The notes beneath the pieces are model-generated. The model saw only the letters and a list, made by a program, of their open reading frames with translations. It made no database searches and was not told the DNA's origin. This document shows positions 34,157 to 43,856 of a stretch of DNA of 64,000 nucleotides, piece after piece. The position numbers were made by a program, and so were the translations under genes. The stretch lies in the IMG/VR virus record IMGVR_UViG_3300032291_003205, positions 38,224-102,223 of that record; one strand, given 5' to 3'. Source of the stretch: a virus. Position 1 is the stretch's first letter. Every line of letters begins with the position of its first letter.

Positions 34157-36049
34157 ATGAAAAATTTATTATTTACTCTCGGTTTGGGGTTATTATCTTT
34201 AACCTCCTTTGCCCAATCCTACACGACCTCTCCAGGCACAGGACATTGGGTAGTAGTTGACTCGGGCTATCAAGTAGGTACCTCAACAGCAGGTAATACT
34301 GTAGCTCCTCTTTATTTTCACAACACCTCAACTAGTGAGAAGATCACAGGTCTTCAATTTAGATTGTTTTATGATAATACAGCATTTACTGCTGTGGTTC
34401 CGTCGTTAAAAATATCTGCTACTGATCAATATTTGCAGTACGTAGATAATAAAACTAACGGTTATTTAACGGTTACTGTTGTCTATACTGGCACTAATTC
34501 AACCTTTAGCTACTCCGATGGTACAACGTTTGATTTAACGTTTACACACGCTTCTGCAGCTACTTGGAACACTTTAGACAGTATTAAAACCCTTAAAGTT
34601 ACAGGTGCTTTTGGTTTCTCAAACAAAGCAGCTACAAACTGGGGCAATGACACTACATTAGTCGTTTATTCTTATGGTGGTCGATTTAATCAAAAATTAC
34701 TTCGATTTGCCGCTAAGTTTAAAAACGTTACAGGTTCAGATGCTAAAAACTTATGGGTATCTTTAGAGAAAAAACCTAAATCAGGTGGTTCTTGGACTCA
34801 AGTAGCAACTGAAAAAACAAATAGTTCTGGTGTTGTTGTATTACGTAAGTTGTTAGATACAACTTATTGGGATGTTAGAATGACAGTTAAAGGAGATACA
34901 ATGACTCCTGGTAATGTTATTTCAACTGCTGATGCTCAAAAAGTTAATCAAGCTATTTTAGCTCAATACACTCCTGTGGGATTTGATTATTATACAATGG
35001 ATGTAAACGGACATACAGGTGATATTACTATTGCCGATGTTTATTCTGTTTATGGTCGTTTGGCTGGTAGGTTCTCTGCTTGGCCTAACTCACAAAAAGA
35101 TGTTTGGTTCTTTACTAAATCACAATACGATTCTATTAACGGGGCTTCTATAAACTATGTAACTTCTAAACCAGGTGTTAATAACTTTACATATACTATT
35201 AATGGTAAAGATTCTATTACTTATTGGGTAGCAGTTAAAGGTGATGCCAATGCTACAGGATTTAAGATGGCTCGTTTAACACCTATTAAAATTATTAACC
35301 AATCAAACGCTAAAAAATATATTATTGACAACACAGTTAAGTACGATAATGTAACTGAAACTATTGAAGTTAATATGCCTAAAGTTAAGGTTGATGATGG
35401 TAACTTAGTAAACGTACCTGTTAAAATGTTAACCAATGGTAAGCAATTAGGTGCTTTACAATTAGAATTAAAATACGATACAGCATTATTAGAGTTTAAG
35501 AAAATTGATTTATCTGAAAAAATGATGTATTGGACTTCTTATACTAACCCTGATAATGGAGTAGTTGCATTTGGTGCTGCTGATTTGACTAACAAAAACT
35601 TAGTCAATGATGGTGAGCAAGTATTTAATATCCAATTCTTTGCTAAAAAACCTCAAGACAGTTGGGCTACAGCAGCTATTTGGACAGGACCTAAATACGT
35701 TGGAGGTAATGATTCTCGTGATATGAATATTACCCCAGCTATGGGTATTGTTGAGGTTCGTAGAATTAAACAACCTATTGCTTTAGATGATTTAAGTGAT
35801 ATTATTGTGTTCCCAAATCCAAATGATGGTGAGGTTTGTGTTCAATTTAAAGTTAATAATGATTCACAAACTGAAATTATTGTAACAGATATGGTAGGTA
35901 GAAAAGTATTAGACGTATTAAATACTAAAATGCCTAGAGGAAGTTACAAATATTTAGTAAACCTAACTCCATTGTCTGATGGATTTTATTTAATGTCTAT
36001 TAAAACAGATACACAAATTTCAACCTCTAAAATAATTATAAATAAATAA
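34157..36049 (+). CDS. Secreted cohesin-dockerin-cohesin protein with T9SS type A sorting domain
   Basis: Signal peptide; ITGLQFRLFYD and LGALQLELKYDTALLEF cohesin-like; ISTADA...DVNGHTGDITIADV dockerin-like; VFPNP...GFYL...KIIINK. Confidence 0.7.
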   Translation: MKNLLFTLGLGLLSLTSFAQSYTTSPGTGHWVVVDSGYQVGTSTAGNTVAPLYFHNTSTSEKITGLQFRLFYDNTAFTAVVPSLKISATDQYLQYVDNKTNGYLTVTVVYTGTNSTFSYSDGTTFDLTFTHASAATWNTLDSIKTLKVTGAFGFSNKAATNWGNDTTLVVYSYGGRFNQKLLRFAAKFKNVTGSDAKNLWVSLEKKPKSGGSWTQVATEKTNSSGVVVLRKLLDTTYWDVRMTVKGDTMTPGNVISTADAQKVNQAILAQYTPVGFDYYTMDVNGHTGDITIADVYSVYGRLAGRFSAWPNSQKDVWFFTKSQYDSINGASINYVTSKPGVNNFTYTINGKDSITYWVAVKGDANATGFKMARLTPIKIINQSNAKKYIIDNTVKYDNVTETIEVNMPKVKVDDGNLVNVPVKMLTNGKQLGALQLELKYDTALLEFKKIDLSEKMMYWTSYTNPDNGVVAFGAADLTNKNLVNDGEQVFNIQFFAKKPQDSWATAAIWTGPKYVGGNDSRDMNITPAMGIVEVRRIKQPIALDDLSDIIVFPNPNDGEVCVQFKVNNDSQTEIIVTDMVGRKVLDVLNTKMPRGSYKYLVNLTPLSDGFYLMSIKTDTQISTSKIIINK

Positions 36050-36050
36050 C

Positions 36051-36374
36051 ATGTCAGAAGAAAAAGAAGAGAGTGTAATGTCAGTAACCAAAAAAGCAAT
36101 TATTGGTGCTATCACTACAGCTGTTACAGCCGGCGGTGCCTGGTTTGCAACCCACTTAGGCGGTGGTGAAGAGTCTAAAGAAGAAGCTAAAACAGAACAA
36201 GCTAGTCCTGCGGCAGCAGCGCCTGTTGTAATTAATGTTCAACAAAATCAAGAAAATAAACAACAAGTTAAGCAAGGTGGAGGTACAAACACAATCATTA
36301 GAGAACGTGTAACTGAAAAACCTGCCGCTGCTCCTGCTACAAAACCTGAACCTAAAGAAGAAGATCCATGGTAA
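36051..36374 (+). CDS. Small membrane-anchored protein
   Basis: Single TM followed by Ala/Pro/Glu-rich tail. Confidence 0.65.
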   Translation: MSEEKEESVMSVTKKAIIGAITTAVTAGGAWFATHLGGGEESKEEAKTEQASPAAAAPVVINVQQNQENKQQVKQGGGTNTIIRERVTEKPAAAPATKPEPKEEDPW

Positions 36375-37054
36375 AAAATATTTTAGTTGCTTTATTATTA
36401 GTTATTTTAGTTGGATGTGGTTCAATGTCTACTACAACTGAAAGAGATGTAATTGAAAAAGCAGACATTTCTACTGTATCTGGTTACACTGATTCTATCA
36501 AGAAAACAGTTCAAGTAGTTAATGTTGATATGACTAAACTTTTTGCCCTATACCCAGCACTTCAAGAAAAGAATGTTGGATTGGGTTTTGCTGAATCTGT
36601 ATTAGACTATTTAGATGAAACGAATCGCTTTATATTTACTGAAGAGAAGACTGAGATCAAGGAGAGGATGGTAACTCAATTTAAGGCCTCTAAAAAAGGT
36701 GTTTTTGAAGAACCAATTGATGGTAAAGGAAAGATTAAAGCAGCTCAATATTTTGTTTATGTCACTGTAGCTGATTTTGCAGTAGATGAAGATGAAACAG
36801 TTCAAAAAGGAAAATCAACTGTAGTTGTAACAACGTTTGTTCGTTTACAAGTAAGATTTGTTGATGCTAAAACAGGACAAATCTATATAGGTTCTGGTGA
36901 GGGTGAGTCACAAAAAGTAGGTGAATCATTCCTTAAAAATCTTGATATGAAGTTTTCTCAAAGTACCGTAGGTAAAGCAACTCGTAAGTCATTAGAAACA
37001 GCGTGTACCAAAGTAATTGGAAGCTTAATCAATAATGGTATCTTTACAAAATAA
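36368..37054 (+). CDS. CsgG/HfaB-like outer-membrane lipoprotein
   Basis: LVGC lipobox; LDETNRF...E, VRLQVRFVDAKTGQI..GSGEG pattern. Confidence 0.7.
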   Translation: MVKNILVALLLVILVGCGSMSTTTERDVIEKADISTVSGYTDSIKKTVQVVNVDMTKLFALYPALQEKNVGLGFAESVLDYLDETNRFIFTEEKTEIKERMVTQFKASKKGVFEEPIDGKGKIKAAQYFVYVTVADFAVDEDETVQKGKSTVVVTTFVRLQVRFVDAKTGQIYIGSGEGESQKVGESFLKNLDMKFSQSTVGKATRKSLETACTKVIGSLINNGIFTK

Positions 37055-38453
37055 AATATTATTATTTTTTATGATAATTGGACTGCCTCTCTTGGGGCAG
37101 TCCTTTACTTATAGTTATATAGATCCGTGTACTCGCACGACAAAATTTATTAACGCCGACATGAGTGCTCCTGTTGTTATCGCGTATTATGGACAGGTAA
37201 AAACGTTTACTTACGCACAATTAAGTGACGGTACGTTTGATGCTTGGATTAATAATATTTATACCCAGTACAAAACAACCTCACCTTGTCAGGGGGTAGT
37301 TACTACTACAACAACTACAACATCCACTAATACAGTTTCAAACCTTATAGGTAATGTAACTAGTTTAGTAAGTTTAGATTTTTCCTCTGTAACAGGAGGT
37401 GTATCTGGGGGTGTTGGAACAAATGTAGGAGGAACTACATCTTCAGGAACAGGAAGTGTTAAAACCGATAAAAAAGATGGTAATAATAATTCTAATAATA
37501 GTACTTCTAGTGATAATAGTGGATCTACTTCTAACGAGGGAGGAAACCAAACGGGAGAAAATGGAGGAAATCCACCAGAAAATCAAGGCGGGTCTAATGG
37601 ATCCGGAGGAGGAACAGTAGGTGGAAACTCTAGTTCAGGCAATAGTTCTAATTCTTCTAGCGGTTCTGGCTCTGGTTCTGGGTCCGGTGCTAGTAATGAT
37701 CAACCAAAAACTGAAACAGAAAAACCATCAGACCAAAAAGTAGAAGATACTAAAACTGAAACACAAAAATCCTCTTCTAGTGCTACAGCAAAAGCAGCTG
37801 GTAAAGGTAAAGTTGAGACAGCTAAACCAGCTATCCTAATGACAGGAGATATAGTTGGGGTTCAAACAAGATCAGATGGAACACAAGATGCTAGAGGTAC
37901 TATGTCTTTTACTAAAGTAAAAGGAGATGGTACAGCATCAATAGGTTTTTCAGCTGATTATATGGTTAATGCTAAAATAGGTAATATTTCTGCTGTACGT
38001 TCTTGGATTGGTTCTAACAATAAAGGAAATAAACATATTAATGTTATTTCAGATGGATTAAGTATCATGCCAGATGCCTTATCTAATACTCTATTATTTG
38101 TTAGAGTAAATTCAATTAAAAATTTTACTGCTTTATATGGTGGTGCTGCAACTTATGGAAAATTATATGGTGAGGAAATGATTTCTACAATCATTATAGG
38201 TGGTTTTATGTATAAAGGAAAAGTTACTAAAGCATTAGATGCTACAGTTATTATGGCCGGTATCTATTCTCCTTACTCAAAATATTATACAGAATCATTA
38301 TTTAAAGCAAGACCAATTATAGTACCATTTTTAAATTTAAATTATAAATTAACTAAAACATTTGGGATTGGGTTAACTGGAGGAGGTACTTATATAGCTG
38401 GGAAAGATGTTTTAAATTTTCAAATTTTGATGGGAGCAAAAATGAAGATATGA
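37035..38453 (+). CDS. Secreted protein: Gly/Ser/Asn linker + C-terminal beta-barrel-like domain
   Basis: Signal peptide; alternating amphipathic strands at C-terminus. Confidence 0.55.
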   Translation: MVSLQNKILLFFMIIGLPLLGQSFTYSYIDPCTRTTKFINADMSAPVVIAYYGQVKTFTYAQLSDGTFDAWINNIYTQYKTTSPCQGVVTTTTTTTSTNTVSNLIGNVTSLVSLDFSSVTGGVSGGVGTNVGGTTSSGTGSVKTDKKDGNNNSNNSTSSDNSGSTSNEGGNQTGENGGNPPENQGGSNGSGGGTVGGNSSSGNSSNSSSGSGSGSGSGASNDQPKTETEKPSDQKVEDTKTETQKSSSSATAKAAGKGKVETAKPAILMTGDIVGVQTRSDGTQDARGTMSFTKVKGDGTASIGFSADYMVNAKIGNISAVRSWIGSNNKGNKHINVISDGLSIMPDALSNTLLFVRVNSIKNFTALYGGAATYGKLYGEEMISTIIIGGFMYKGKVTKALDATVIMAGIYSPYSKYYTESLFKARPIIVPFLNLNYKLTKTFGIGLTGGGTYIAGKDVLNFQILMGAKMKI

Positions 38454-39652
38454 GGTGGATTATTATATTTTTACTATTTACTAATACTTTATTAGGCCAA
38501 TTCACCTACTCAGGTTACCTCTATAATGCAGATGGGTCAGGAGCAAATAATGTTCCTGTAAAACTTTATAAAAGCACAGCAGGTGCTACTACTAAATCAG
38601 GTACTTTAGCTAAAATAACATCAGGTATTCCTTCCGATAGAGGAAGAGGAACCTCAGTACTTTTTTCTACTGTTAATACAGATGAAACGTCTGTAGCTAT
38701 TACATTTCCTTCTGGATTTAGTCCTTCTTATGCAGGTACTACTTATTCATCATGTCACGTAAATGCTAACTCTTGGTTTACTTTTGGAACAAGTTCTAGC
38801 TCTGGTTTTAATGGAAATGCAACTAGTCCTAACCAACCAACAATCCATATCGGTTCAGTAGATAATGGCTCTACAGACAACAACGTTTCTTATGTTTCAA
38901 CTGAAAGTTACACAGATGCAACTTACGGAGACGTGTTTAGAGTAAGATACGAGGGTAACTGCAAATATAATCAGACAGGAGTAAACTATACCTGGGATTT
39001 GTATTTTATTAAAAACCAAGCTTCAAAGCAGATAGTGGTTTGGAGAACATTTACTGCAGATGGTTCTAACCAGGAGGTGATGGGTATATCTACAGGTAGT
39101 GCTTGGTTAGCAAGTACATTAGTCACTTCAGGTTCCTTCTCGGGTACTAGCTGGGAGATAAATACATCCTCAAGTACTACAACATCCTCCACTTCATTAG
39201 ATGCTACCGCAAATACGAACTCATCAGGATATTATTCTTTTTCAAGAACTACAGTAGCCGGTGACCAATTTACAATTCAACTTGATGCACCAACAAGAAT
39301 ACAGTCCTATACTACAACCGATATTCAAGCTGTTTCAAATATTATTTTAGATAAAACATCTATTACAGGTCTTTCTTACCATATGTTTGATGTTAATGAT
39401 GATACAAGAATTACAGTAGCCGATAAGTATTATGTAGCTGCTAGAAAAGTAGGTAGATTTTCTAAATGGAGAATAGCACCTGATGTTAGGTTATTTACTA
39501 CAGCCGAATATAATTCTATAAAAGCATCTACAAGTAATGTTAGAGCCACTTATCCAGGTGTTTCTTCTATTACTACCTCTACATTAACCTCAGGCGGAAC
39601 ACTTAGTTATTACTTAATAGCACCTGGTTATTCAGGTTCTGTAACTTATTGA
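38450..39652 (+). CDS. Secreted protein with dockerin-like domain (paralogous to middle of 34157 protein)
   Basis: YHMFDVNDDTRITVAD...GRFSKW...DVRLFT. Confidence 0.6.
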   Translation: MRWIIIFLLFTNTLLGQFTYSGYLYNADGSGANNVPVKLYKSTAGATTKSGTLAKITSGIPSDRGRGTSVLFSTVNTDETSVAITFPSGFSPSYAGTTYSSCHVNANSWFTFGTSSSSGFNGNATSPNQPTIHIGSVDNGSTDNNVSYVSTESYTDATYGDVFRVRYEGNCKYNQTGVNYTWDLYFIKNQASKQIVVWRTFTADGSNQEVMGISTGSAWLASTLVTSGSFSGTSWEINTSSSTTTSSTSLDATANTNSSGYYSFSRTTVAGDQFTIQLDAPTRIQSYTTTDIQAVSNIILDKTSITGLSYHMFDVNDDTRITVADKYYVAARKVGRFSKWRIAPDVRLFTTAEYNSIKASTSNVRATYPGVSSITTSTLTSGGTLSYYLIAPGYSGSVTY

Positions 39653-39664
39653 TATTTATAAAAG

Positions 39665-40114
39665 ATGTTGAATTTTTTATTTCCTATATTATTAGCTTTA
39701 ACACCTTCTGATACTACAAAGGTAAATGTTCAAGTAAACAATGTTCAACATATCCAAAAAATTGGAGATAGAGATGTTACTTTTGGTGTTAAAGAAACTG
39801 TAGAAGAATTATTAATTGGAAAAGGATATACCCCTGTTGACTCAGGAGTAGCCTTTATAACCCAAGTAAGTATAGATAGTATTTACTCACCTCAACAAAT
39901 AGTAAACATAATGGGTCTACAATGGTTAAAGAAAGACTATTTTGTAGAAACTAGTATATGTATTGGAAATAGTTGTTTTAAATCAGTTGGTGTTAGAAAA
40001 ACCTTTATTTTCGCGGCATTTTTAAATGTTGAAAATAATGAAGTTCCATTAAACCGAAAGGCGTTCTCGAAAGCGTTACAAGAAAGTTTAACAAAAACAA
40101 TAAAACAACTATAA
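39665..40114 (+). CDS. Secreted hypothetical protein
   Basis: Signal peptide; TATTTAT motif upstream. Confidence 0.6.
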   Translation: MLNFLFPILLALTPSDTTKVNVQVNNVQHIQKIGDRDVTFGVKETVEELLIGKGYTPVDSGVAFITQVSIDSIYSPQQIVNIMGLQWLKKDYFVETSICIGNSCFKSVGVRKTFIFAAFLNVENNEVPLNRKAFSKALQESLTKTIKQL

Positions 40115-40115
40115 T

Positions 40116-40379
40116 ATGAAAAATTTCCTTAAACAATTATTCGACGACAACAACTCAATCAATGAGAAAGCATTAGTAGGTTTTATAGCTTTCTTTATGC
40201 TTTGCATTGCTCTTATTGTAGACCTAGTAACAGGCTACATGGGAACTGCTTTAGTAATTAATGAATTTATCTTTGATGGATTTATGGTAATCATTTTAGG
40301 TTCATTTGGTATCGCTTCGGTTGATAAATTTTTGAATAAAAAAGACAAACACGAAGAAGATAAAGATATAGAAGGATAA
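40116..40379 (+). CDS. Two-TM membrane protein, putative holin
   Basis: Two TMs, charged tail, next to endolysin. Confidence 0.55.
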   Translation: MKNFLKQLFDDNNSINEKALVGFIAFFMLCIALIVDLVTGYMGTALVINEFIFDGFMVIILGSFGIASVDKFLNKKDKHEEDKDIEG

Positions 40380-40792
40380 TGAAGTCTACGTTACTAGTTT
40401 TACTATTATCATTAACCACAACCTGTGCTTTTGTTTGTAGCTATTTCGGTGGATTAGCTATAGACAATAGTGAGCAGTATTTGGCCGTAGTGGCGGTCGC
40501 TTTTATGGATGGGTTTTTTGGTATAGTTGCTGGTACGAAGAAAGAAGGTTTTAAAACCTATAAAGCATTAAAAGTATTAAAAACAACATTTACATGGTTA
40601 GTTATATTAACAGTAATATTAATGGTTGAAATAGGATTCCCAGGTACGTCTTGGCTCTCAGAAACCATTATAATGCCTTTTATAATATTCCAAGTAATTA
40701 GTGCATTAAAAAATGCTTCGTCTGCTGGTTTTATAAAATATTCTGTATTAAATACAATTTTAGAAAAAATTGACAAACATAAAGATAAATAA
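40379..40792 (+). CDS. Putative holin
   Basis: Multi-TM, D..G, S.LKN pattern like holin family 4; upstream of endolysin. Confidence 0.65.
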   Translation: MKSTLLVLLLSLTTTCAFVCSYFGGLAIDNSEQYLAVVAVAFMDGFFGIVAGTKKEGFKTYKALKVLKTTFTWLVILTVILMVEIGFPGTSWLSETIIMPFIIFQVISALKNASSAGFIKYSVLNTILEKIDKHKDK

Positions 40793-40794
40793 AT

Positions 40795-41619
40795 ATGCTA
40801 TTAAAAAAAGGTGACAACAATGAACAGGTAAAACAACTCCAAATTAAATTAGGGGTTGATCCTGTGGGTAACTTTGGTCCTAAAACCGAAGAGGCAGTTA
40901 AAAAATATCAAGCGGCTAATGGTTTAGTTGCTGATGGTATAGTAGGAGATGGAACTTGGAATAAAATTATGGGTACAGCACCTATTGCTACTCCTGCTCC
41001 AGCCGTTATTCCTACTAGTTCATTTAAATTAGATAAATTAAAAGGACATATTCCAGATTCAGTAATTGCTGCTATTCCTGATACTGCTGCTAAGTTTAAT
41101 ATTATAAATGTATTAAGATTGGCTCATTTTCTTGCCCAAGCAGGACATGAATCAGGACAATTTAAAGCAACTTCAGAAAACCTAAATTATAGTTCAAAAG
41201 GATTATTAGGTATTTTCCCAAGATACTTTACTCCCGCTTTAGCAGAATCTTATGCTCGCCAACCTCAAAAAATCGCTAACAAAGTTTATGGTGGTAGAAT
41301 GGGTAATGGGGCTGAAGCCACTGGAGATGGATTTAAATTCAGAGGTAGAGGATATATTCAATTGACTGGTAAAGATAATTATACCCAATTTGATAAAACT
41401 GTACCCGAAGATATTTTAGCTAATCCTGATTTAGTATCAGGTAAATATGCTTTAATGTCTGCTGCTTGGTTTTTTGATAAGAATAAACTTTGGGGTATTT
41501 GTGATAAAGGAGCTGATCAAGGAACCGTAACAGCTGTTACAAAAAGAGTAAATGGTGGAACTATTGGTTTACCAGATCGTATTAAACATTTTAACGAATA
41601 TTATAATTTATTAAAATAA
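40795..41619 (+). CDS. Endolysin: peptidoglycan-binding domain + GH19 catalytic domain
   Basis: DGIVGDGTW; AHFLAQAGHESG, ENLNYS, FRGRGYIQLTGKDNY, VTKRVNGG. Confidence 0.92.
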   Translation: MLLKKGDNNEQVKQLQIKLGVDPVGNFGPKTEEAVKKYQAANGLVADGIVGDGTWNKIMGTAPIATPAPAVIPTSSFKLDKLKGHIPDSVIAAIPDTAAKFNIINVLRLAHFLAQAGHESGQFKATSENLNYSSKGLLGIFPRYFTPALAESYARQPQKIANKVYGGRMGNGAEATGDGFKFRGRGYIQLTGKDNYTQFDKTVPEDILANPDLVSGKYALMSAAWFFDKNKLWGICDKGADQGTVTAVTKRVNGGTIGLPDRIKHFNEYYNLLK

Positions 41620-41996
41620 TGAGTGAATTTCAATTAAAAGAAGGACAAGGGTATATTTACGTAGGTGAATACTTTCATAAATTTGGAGGTAAAGTACCTA
41701 CAGAAAAGAAAATAGGTAAAACTGATGACCTATTAAAAATACCTCAAATAGATGATTATGCCTTTAGTTTAGACTTTACAGCAGCAGATATTTATCTTGT
41801 TGAAAATGTAGAGGTTCTTTATGCTGCTTTAACATCAGTATTAAGTCATGATCTTATTAAAGAGGATTGGTTTGCAGATAGTGATGGGGATTTAAAAGAA
41901 AGAGTAGCTAGCTTTATGAAAGCTTTTGGTTATATTGAGATTTGTGATGTTGATGGTGATGGAATACCGGATCATCTAGACGACGTTATAGGTTAA
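41619..41996 (+). CDS. Hypothetical protein (GIY-YIG-like N-terminus, DxDGDG C-terminus)
   Basis: GYIYVGE...KKIGKT; DVDGDGIPDHLD. Confidence 0.5.
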   Translation: MSEFQLKEGQGYIYVGEYFHKFGGKVPTEKKIGKTDDLLKIPQIDDYAFSLDFTAADIYLVENVEVLYAALTSVLSHDLIKEDWFADSDGDLKERVASFMKAFGYIEICDVDGDGIPDHLDDVIG

Positions 41997-42044
41997 TATT
42001 TTTACATCTACAACGCTCTCCGCAAAAACCGAGAGATAATTTAT

Positions 42045-42078
42045 TATAGGCGTTATACTTAAGTGTATGGCGCCTATA
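42045..42078. terminator. Strong hairpin after lysis genes
   Basis: TATAGGCGTTATAC-TTAA-GTGTATGGCGCCTATA. Confidence 0.5.
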
Positions 42079-42089
42079 TGTATCGATGT

Positions 42090-42527
42090 ATGGATGTTAA
42101 TAAAATATTTAACTTGTTTAATGGAGATGAACCCGAGTCATTAGGGGAGAAAGCTCAACAGGTAGATATTTCATTAGATTATAAAAATCATCCTTTATTC
42201 TGGGTAGGTATGTTTAAGAAACTAATCCAGAATCACCAAACATTTAACGACCAATTACTTAAATTTTTTGATAAATTAGATGAGGGATTAGATGTAGTTG
42301 ATATTGATAGAGCAGGGGAATTTGTTGTATTTAATAGGGCTTGGGAATACATCCAAAAAGTAGATCCAGATAACTTGGTTTGTCAAGAGGCCTTATATAG
42401 ATTCGTGGACATACATCTTAGAATTGCCCTAGAATTATCTATAAATTACTTCCAAGAAATGGAAGAATATGAAAAATGTATACATCTCAAAAAGAATTTA
42501 GAATTTGTAAAACTTCTCTTAACCTAA
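42090..42527 (+). CDS. Hypothetical protein
   Basis: C-terminal EEYEKC (UVR-like) motif. Confidence 0.6.
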   Translation: MDVNKIFNLFNGDEPESLGEKAQQVDISLDYKNHPLFWVGMFKKLIQNHQTFNDQLLKFFDKLDEGLDVVDIDRAGEFVVFNRAWEYIQKVDPDNLVCQEALYRFVDIHLRIALELSINYFQEMEEYEKCIHLKKNLEFVKLLLT

Positions 42528-42592
42528 GCTTGGAGGATCTTACTTCCAATATTATATTCCAATCACGGGAAAAGGAAAAAAGAGAATAAAAT

Positions 42593-42790
42593 ATGAAAAA
42601 TAGAGAAATTATAATGAGGAGGTTAGAAAGAGCCGAATCAAACATGGAGAAATTAAATTTTGTCCTAAGTCGTCAAGGCACAAGAGAACAGTTTAATGAC
42701 CTTATCCAAGAAACTAGGGAAGTGATTCAAGACGCTAAATCATTCGTTCAACAAGAACCTATGAGTCAAGGGGAAGTTAATCCATTTTAA
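42593..42790 (+). CDS. Hypothetical protein
   Basis: ORF after promoter 42530-42560. Confidence 0.6.
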   Translation: MKNREIIMRRLERAESNMEKLNFVLSRQGTREQFNDLIQETREVIQDAKSFVQQEPMSQGEVNPF

Positions 42791-42792
42791 TT

Positions 42793-43578
42793 ATGAATTT
42801 AACAGCAGAACAAATCCAACAAAATTGGTTGCGAATGGTGGGCTTTATTGAGGATCACATTTCATCACCTCGTAAAGAAAAATTAGTAGAATTTTATGAA
42901 AAATTTAGTGAGCGTTTAATGTTGATGCCTGCTGCTCACAAAAAAGAATACCACAATGCTTTTCCTGGAGGTTATGTAGAACATGTTAATCGAGTTATTA
43001 CTTGTGCTCTTCACCTCCATGATTTGTGGGCTCAAATGGGTGCTGATATTTCAACATATACTAAAGAAGAATTAGTATTTTCGGCCCTGAATCATGATCT
43101 AGGTAAAATGGGAGATGAGGAAAATGAATCATATATCCCCCAGACCGATAATTGGAGACGTGAAAAATTAGGTGAGGATTATATGTTTAATACTAAAGTT
43201 CCATTTGCTTCTGTTCCCGACCGTGGTTTATTTTTACTCCAATCACATGGTATCCAGTATTCATTTAATGAAATGATTACTATTCAAACACATGATGGTT
43301 TATATGATGAGGCAAATAAAAAATATTTAATGACTTATATGCCAGAACAAAAACCACGTACAGCATTACCTTTTATTGTACATCAAGCGGATTTAATGGC
43401 TGCTAGAATTGAGTTTGAAAGAGAATGGTTACCTAAATTGCAAGGTAACGTGGAGACCAAAAAGAAACCATTTACATTGGGTAATAATAAATCAGCTCCA
43501 ACAACTTCAGCCGCTAAATCTAAAGCATTAGGTAGCGTAAAAAGTGAAGGACTTAAAAACCTATTAGACAACTTATGA
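42793..43578 (+). CDS. HD-domain phosphohydrolase
   Basis: HNAFPGGYVEH, NHDLGK, HDG, HQAD. Confidence 0.85.
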   Translation: MNLTAEQIQQNWLRMVGFIEDHISSPRKEKLVEFYEKFSERLMLMPAAHKKEYHNAFPGGYVEHVNRVITCALHLHDLWAQMGADISTYTKEELVFSALNHDLGKMGDEENESYIPQTDNWRREKLGEDYMFNTKVPFASVPDRGLFLLQSHGIQYSFNEMITIQTHDGLYDEANKKYLMTYMPEQKPRTALPFIVHQADLMAARIEFEREWLPKLQGNVETKKKPFTLGNNKSAPTTSAAKSKALGSVKSEGLKNLLDNL

Positions 43579-43856
43579 TATTAACAATTGTATTACTCTC
43601 AATGTTGGTCGTGACTCTTGGATTCACAACCTATAATCTTCTCAAGAAAAATGAGAAACAAGAAGATATCCTAGCAGGTTATATGACCTACCTAAACAAA
43701 ATTTCAGACACTATTGAGATGTCAGAAAAGAAAATGATGGAAGTAGATGCTAAAGGTAGTTTTAAATCGGATGATGAGGTAGGATTTTTCTTTGAACAAA
43801 TTAAAACAATTCAAACTGCATTAAATTCTTTTGTTATTAAAAACATCACCAAATAA
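43575..43856 (+). CDS. Small membrane-anchored protein
   Basis: N-terminal TM; FKSDDEVGFFF. Confidence 0.6.
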   Translation: MILTIVLLSMLVVTLGFTTYNLLKKNEKQEDILAGYMTYLNKISDTIEMSEKKMMEVDAKGSFKSDDEVGFFFEQIKTIQTALNSFVIKNITK

